From Spirochaetia bacterium (GTDB lineage: Bacteria > Spirochaetota > Spirochaetia > SZUA-6 > Bin103), in contig OZ241907.1 in assembly GCA_965203515.1 (NCBI GenBank), positions 1,216,001-1,280,000 of the forward strand: 64,000 bases of DNA. The letters run 5' to 3'. Below the pieces are notes generated by a model. The model searched no databases, was not told the origin of the DNA, and worked only from the letters and a program-made list of their open reading frames with translations. The position numbers were made by a program, and so were the translations under genes. Shown here in pieces: positions 59,632 to 64,000 of the stretch (within the stretch, counting starts at the first letter, position 1; each line of letters begins with the position of its first letter).

Positions 59632-61212
59632 TCAGCGGTAGTCGCCGATCTCGTCGGTGAAGCGCGTATGGGCCGCCTGGTGCAGCTCCACGTAGCGATC
59701 GATCTTCATGGCCTTCATCTGCGCGACGAACTCGTCCCATTCCTCGTCGATGTCGCCCACGCCGGTGATCCAGCGCGCTTCGTTGCTGCGCCACAGCGTG
59801 TCGATGTCGGTGCGCAGCTCGTTGACCTCGGTCTGCTCGGCGTCGGTGAACTCCGGCCGCACCCACTGCTCGGCCGCCTTGTAGTCGATGTAGTGGGCAT
59901 AGTAGTTGTCGTACAGCAGCTGCGAGCTGGCGTCCATGGCCAGTCTGGTCCCGTAGTCCTCGGCCCGGAAGATCGCCGGGATCGCCCCGGTGGTGGAGAT
60001 CGTCTGCCGTCGTTCCGCGGTGATCTCCTGCGGCGTCCACACGCCGTCGATCATCTCGACCCCTTCGGGAGCGATGCCGAACATGCTCTGCACGCTGTTC
60101 TCCAGCGTGTAGAGACGGTCGACCCACGCCATGGTGTGCTCCGGATACGGGTTCACGTCGGTCATGAACCACACGTGCTTGATCGCCAGCCGGCCGGGAT
60201 GGACCCATATCTCGGGCTCGTAGCCGGGAGCGCGGAACGGCGGCACCGATTCGAACTCGGCTCGGCCGTCGGTGCCCTGGTAGCCGCGCACGGCGATCAC
60301 GAATCCGTACACGTTGCCGGCCGGATCGTCGACCTTGGCGTTGAAGTCCTGCGCCGACTGCGTGAAGCTCTCCGGATCGATCAGCCCTTCGCCGTACAGA
60401 CCGGCGAAGTAGGTGATCATCTCCCGATAGGCGTCGGTGATCGGCGCGAAGTACGCCTGCCCGCCGCTGATGGCGATGCCGTTCTTGGTGGGCATGCCCC
60501 AGATCCCGTACATCGAGCGGAGGTGCTGGGCGAACCCGTCCTTGGCCACGAAGCCGAACGGCAGCTCGTCCGCCTGGCCGTTGCCGTTGGGGTCCCGGTC
60601 GCGGAACGCTATCAGGACGTCGCGCAGCTCGTCGGTGGTGGCGGGGACCTGCAGCCCGAGCGCGTCGAGCCACTTCCGGTTGACCATGTAGTTCTGTTCC
60701 AGATAGTGCGATTCCTGGAACTGAAAGCGCGCCAGCGCCGACAACTTGCCTTCGGGATTGAGCATGTACGCCAGGGAATCGGGCTTCTCGGTGAAGATCT
60801 GGTCGAGATTGGGCGTGTACCCCTGGAACAGGTAGGGCCGCAGATCGGCGACCACGCCTTCCTGCAGCAGCCGGGCGATGAGATTCTTCTCGAGGCCGGC
60901 GGTGCCCAGCATCAGGTCCGGATAGTCGTCGGCGGAGAACGCGATGGTGATCTTCTCGACGTTTTCCATCTCCACGAACTCGAGCGTCACCCCGGTCGGC
61001 TCGGCCCAGCTCTGCGCCCAGAGATTGTCTTCCGCGCTGCCCCACCGCCCGGAGTTCCACCCAGCCTGCAGGGTGATGCCGGGCTGCACCGGGAACACCC
61101 CCGGCTCGGTGAGCGCCGCGGAGCTCATCGACTCCTCTTCGCCGGCAGCGAACATGAACGCGGGAGTCGCCAGCATGGCGAGCCCCAGAATCGAAACGAG
61201 TGCTCTCTTCAT
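59632..61212 (-). CDS. Carbohydrate ABC extracellular solute-binding protein
   Basis: SD aaggaggg; signal ..MFAAGEEE; NRKWLDALGL..P.TTDEL, DPNGNGQADE, GLIDPESFTQ. Confidence 0.9.
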   Translation of the reverse strand: MKRALVSILGLAMLATPAFMFAAGEEESMSSAALTEPGVFPVQPGITLQAGWNSGRWGSAEDNLWAQSWAEPTGVTLEFVEMENVEKITIAFSADDYPDLMLGTAGLEKNLIARLLQEGVVADLRPYLFQGYTPNLDQIFTEKPDSLAYMLNPEGKLSALARFQFQESHYLEQNYMVNRKWLDALGLQVPATTDELRDVLIAFRDRDPNGNGQADELPFGFVAKDGFAQHLRSMYGIWGMPTKNGIAISGGQAYFAPITDAYREMITYFAGLYGEGLIDPESFTQSAQDFNAKVDDPAGNVYGFVIAVRGYQGTDGRAEFESVPPFRAPGYEPEIWVHPGRLAIKHVWFMTDVNPYPEHTMAWVDRLYTLENSVQSMFGIAPEGVEMIDGVWTPQEITAERRQTISTTGAIPAIFRAEDYGTRLAMDASSQLLYDNYYAHYIDYKAAEQWVRPEFTDAEQTEVNELRTDIDTLWRSNEARWITGVGDIDEEWDEFVAQMKAMKIDRYVELHQAAHTRFTDEIGDYR

Positions 61213-61297
61213 CGTAGCACCCTCCTTCATGAGATCGGGTCCCTGTCACTCGGAACCCGGGCCGCTCGGTGCGGCTGAACGGGCATGGCGGCCGGCG

Positions 61298-62197
61298 TCA
61301 TCCCTTGATCGAGCCGACCGTGATGCCCTTTACGAAGTGGCGTTGTATGAACGGATAGAGCGCCATCAACGGCGCGATCGCGATCACGATGATGCCGTAG
61401 CGCAGCAGGTCCGCCAGCACCTGGCGCCGCTGGATTTCGGCTGGTGAATAGCTCTCCAGCCCCTCGCCGCTGGTCAACAGCTCGTTCAATATCAGCAGCC
61501 TTCTGAGCACCAGTTGCAGCGGATACTTGTTCGAGTCGTTGATGAACAACAGGGCATGGAAGAACGCGTTCCAGTTCTGAACGACGTTGAACAGCACGGT
61601 GATGGCGACGATCGCCTGGCCAAGCGGCAGCGCGATGCTGGCGAAGAACCGGCTGTTCGTGCAGCCGTCGATCTGCGCCGACTCCAGCAGCTCGTCGGCC
61701 ACGTTGGTCTGAAAGAACGTGCGCGCGATGATCAGGTTGAAGACGTTCACGGCGTTGGGCAGGATCAGCGACCACGCCGAATCGTTCAGTCCCAGGCGCC
61801 GCACCACGACGTAGAACGGGATGATGCCGCCCGTGAAGTACAGGGTGAACACGAAGTAGAACATGATCAGTCCCCGGCCGCGCAGGTCCTTTCGGGACAG
61901 GGCATACGCGGCGGGGATGGTCAGCGCCAGCGACACGACGGTCTGCCCGACGGCGTACAGGACCGAGTTGCGGTAGCCGGTCAGGATGTGGCGGGTGCGC
62001 AAGATATAGGCGTACCCCTCCACGTTCAGGCCGCGCGGCCACAGGTAGACGTGCCCGGCCGAGACCAGCGTCGGCTCGCTGATCGAGGCGATAACCACGA
62101 AATACATCGGATAGACGGTCAGCGCCAGGATCACCGTCAGCAGGCCGAAGTTGACGCCGTCGGTGACGCGATCGGCGCGGCTGCGGAAGTCTACCAC
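61298..62197 (-). CDS. Carbohydrate ABC permease (LplC-like)
   Basis: YFTGGIIPFY, ELLESAQIDG, YPFIQRHFVKGITVGSIKG. Confidence 0.93.
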   Translation of the reverse strand: MVDFRSRADRVTDGVNFGLLTVILALTVYPMYFVVIASISEPTLVSAGHVYLWPRGLNVEGYAYILRTRHILTGYRNSVLYAVGQTVVSLALTIPAAYALSRKDLRGRGLIMFYFVFTLYFTGGIIPFYVVVRRLGLNDSAWSLILPNAVNVFNLIIARTFFQTNVADELLESAQIDGCTNSRFFASIALPLGQAIVAITVLFNVVQNWNAFFHALLFINDSNKYPLQLVLRRLLILNELLTSGEGLESYSPAEIQRRQVLADLLRYGIIVIAIAPLMALYPFIQRHFVKGITVGSIKG

Positions 62198-62221
62198 GAC
62201 GACGGCGCTAGCATGACGGCG

Positions 62222-63187
62222 CTACCACAGGGAGGTCAGGCCGAAGTGGCGCGCCAGACGGTTGGCGATCACCAGCAGCGCGAAGTTGGCCACGGTCTCC
62301 AGCAGCCCGACGGCGGTGGCGTAGTCGTACTGAGCCTGCAGGATGCCGAACCGGTAGACGTAGGTCGACACGACCTGCATGGTGGTGATGTTGAGGTCGT
62401 TCTGCATCAACAGCAGCTTCTCGAAGCCGATGGTGAGCAGTTGGCCCAGGCGCATGATGAACAGGATCACGATGATCGGCGTGATCGAGGGCAGATCGAC
62501 GTGCCAGATGATGCGCAGCTTGTGCGCGCCGTCGCAGAACGCGGCCTCGCGGAGCTGCGGATCGACCGCGGACAACGACGCCAGGTAGATGATCGCGCCG
62601 AAGCCGGCGTTCTGCCACAACTCGGAGAGCACGTACAGGGTCGGCCCCCAGGACGGGCTGGCCATGAAGAAGATCGACTCTCCTCCCAGCAGCTTCAGCA
62701 CGGAATTGACCACCCCGATGCGCGGGCTCAGGAACACGGTGAGCATGCCCACCACCACCACCGTGGAGATGAAGTACGGCGCGTAGGTGGCGAACTGCAC
62801 GGCCTTCCTGAAGTGGCGGTTGCGCGTCTCGTTCATCATCAGCGCCAGCAACAGCGGGATCGGCCAGGTCGCCAAGCTGTAGAGGGAGATGACGACGGTG
62901 TTGCGGATGACCGGCAGGAAGTACGCGGAGTCGAAGAATCGGAGGAAGTGGGCGAACCCGTTCCACGCCGGCGCGGACCGCCCGGTGCGCAGGGAAAACC
63001 CGTCGGTGAAGGCGATGCTCAGCCCGTAGATCGGCAGGTACTTGAACAGGAAGATATGCACGATCGCGGGAACGATGAAGACGTAGAGCTCCCACGATCG
63101 GGCGAGGTACCGCGCCGTCCGGTGCAGTCGGAGGCTCACGGAGGGGCGTGCCAGCGTGTCCGCCGGCAGCCGGTCAAAGCTCCTCAT
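62222..63187 (-). CDS. Carbohydrate ABC permease (LplB-like)
   Basis: YLPIYGL, PYFISTVVVVG, VDPQLREAAFCDGA, GFEK, TAVGL. Confidence 0.93.
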   Translation of the reverse strand: MRSFDRLPADTLARPSVSLRLHRTARYLARSWELYVFIVPAIVHIFLFKYLPIYGLSIAFTDGFSLRTGRSAPAWNGFAHFLRFFDSAYFLPVIRNTVVISLYSLATWPIPLLLALMMNETRNRHFRKAVQFATYAPYFISTVVVVGMLTVFLSPRIGVVNSVLKLLGGESIFFMASPSWGPTLYVLSELWQNAGFGAIIYLASLSAVDPQLREAAFCDGAHKLRIIWHVDLPSITPIIVILFIMRLGQLLTIGFEKLLLMQNDLNITTMQVVSTYVYRFGILQAQYDYATAVGLLETVANFALLVIANRLARHFGLTSLW

Positions 63188-63265
63188 CTATGATGCAAGA
63201 CCGATCGGACCCGAGACGGACCGCTGGGACGATCGAACGCGGCGATCGGGGTCGACCGGTTTCCC

Positions 63266-63295
63266 CTTATGTCACCATGACGCACCATCTGTCAA
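63266..63295 (-). promoter_or_regulatory. Possible promoter TTGACA-N18-CATAAG for the leftward sugar ABC operon
   Basis: - strand ttgacagatggtgcgtcatggtgacataag; contains a direct atggtg repeat. Confidence 0.45.
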
Positions 63296-63315
63296 CGGAC
63301 CCGCGAAGGGATGAC

Positions 63316-64000
63316 GTGACGCAGCCGGACGCGGCCGACCGCCGCGCGGTCCGGACCGGCGTGGCGGCGATGCTGGCGGCGACCGCGGTGTGGATCATGA
63401 TCCCGATCCTGGTGAAGATCGCGTTGCGCGCCTTCGATCCGATCCTGATATCGGCGTCGCGGCTGCCGGTCGCCGCGCTGCTGCTGGCGGCGCTGCACCG
63501 GGCGCGGGGCGGGCGCCTGCGCGATCTGCTGCCCGGCAGCGGCTGGCACCTGATCGGCGGCGCCGCGCTGGGCGTGAACTATCAACTGTTCGCGCTGGGC
63601 ATGAGCCTGACCACCGCCGGCGCGGGGACGGTGATCATCCAGGTGCAGATCGTCACCCTGGTGCTGCTGGCGCGCTGGGTCCTGCGGGAGCGCCTGTCGC
63701 CGGTCAAGCTGGCGGCGATCGCCGGCGTCATGGCGGGCGGAGCGCTGGTGCTGGCGGCGCCGGGCGCGGTCGACGATCTGGCCGCGCCTTCGTATCGGAC
63801 CGGCAATCTGGTCATGATCGCGGCCGCCGCCGGGTTCGGCATCTACGGACTGGCCAGCCGCGCGCTGGCCGGACGGCCGAAGAGCGGCACGGCGCTGCAG
63901 ATCGCGGTGCCGATCCTGAGCGTCGCGTCGGTCGTGAACCTGTGCCTGCTGCCGTTCGCGCGGTGGCCGGAGTCCGTGCCGGCCGGCCCGCTCGCCGCCC
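63316..64000 (+). CDS. DMT/EamA family transporter (3' truncated by window edge)
   Basis: Manual translation from GTG 63316: multi-TM, SRLPVAALLL, LARWVLRERLS, GNLVMIAAAAGFGIY. Confidence 0.85.
   Translation, partial: MTQPDAADRRAVRTGVAAMLAATAVWIMIPILVKIALRAFDPILISASRLPVAALLLAALHRARGGRLRDLLPGSGWHLIGGAALGVNYQLFALGMSLTTAGAGTVIIQVQIVTLVLLARWVLRERLSPVKLAAIAGVMAGGALVLAAPGAVDDLAAPSYRTGNLVMIAAAAGFGIYGLASRALAGRPKSGTALQIAVPILSVASVVNLCLLPFARWPESVPAGPLAA

Noticed and set aside
58775..61249. 824-aa ORF suggesting an SBP-aldolase fusion; likewise the extended ORFs 7885-10302, 9375-11867, 11462-13135, 40749-42968, 50929-53511, 55981-57600
   Set aside because: Upstream extensions are stop-free alternative frames; true starts are set by SD/overlap and motif onset.
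22770..64000. Genomic island integrated at tRNA-Arg
   Set aside because: No integrase, no distal copy of the tRNA 3' end, and no general compositional shift seen.

Overview
Very GC-rich (roughly 70% by eye) bacterial chromosome segment. It is most likely from a Spirochaetota member, judged from the RpsB N-terminus [19 protein letters not shown], the rpsB-tsf-frr order without pyrH, and the spirochaete-style signal peptides on solute-binding proteins. The left end holds core genes: dnaB 3' end, rseP, cdsA, frr, tsf, rpsB, maf, fni, nfo, thrS and tRNA-Arg(CCG). The rest is mostly nutrient scavenging: peptide, sugar and branched-chain amino-acid ABC components, two GH127-like proteins, enolase-superfamily dehydratases, lactonases, aldolases, oxidases, ppk2 and a fatty-acid desaturase. 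I saw no CRISPR array, rRNA, integrase or transposase. Most notable observations: (1) a surface lipoprotein with ten 'GSGYT-x-x-P' repeats is split from its signal peptide by a G22 homopolymer, and 21 or 24 G would restore the frame, so it is a candidate phase-variable contingency locus; (2) about 20 short tandem duplications, mostly 12-18 bp, are spread across the window; they are in frame inside intact genes, frameshift an ankyrin gene, and create a six-codon upstream ORF coupled to livG; (3) -10 boxes lie 5-10 nt from start codons at many operon heads, suggesting leaderless mRNAs; (4) uppS and dxr are missing from the frr-cdsA-rseP cluster, which sits near a type-2 IPP isomerase. All product calls come from motif recognition, not database searches.
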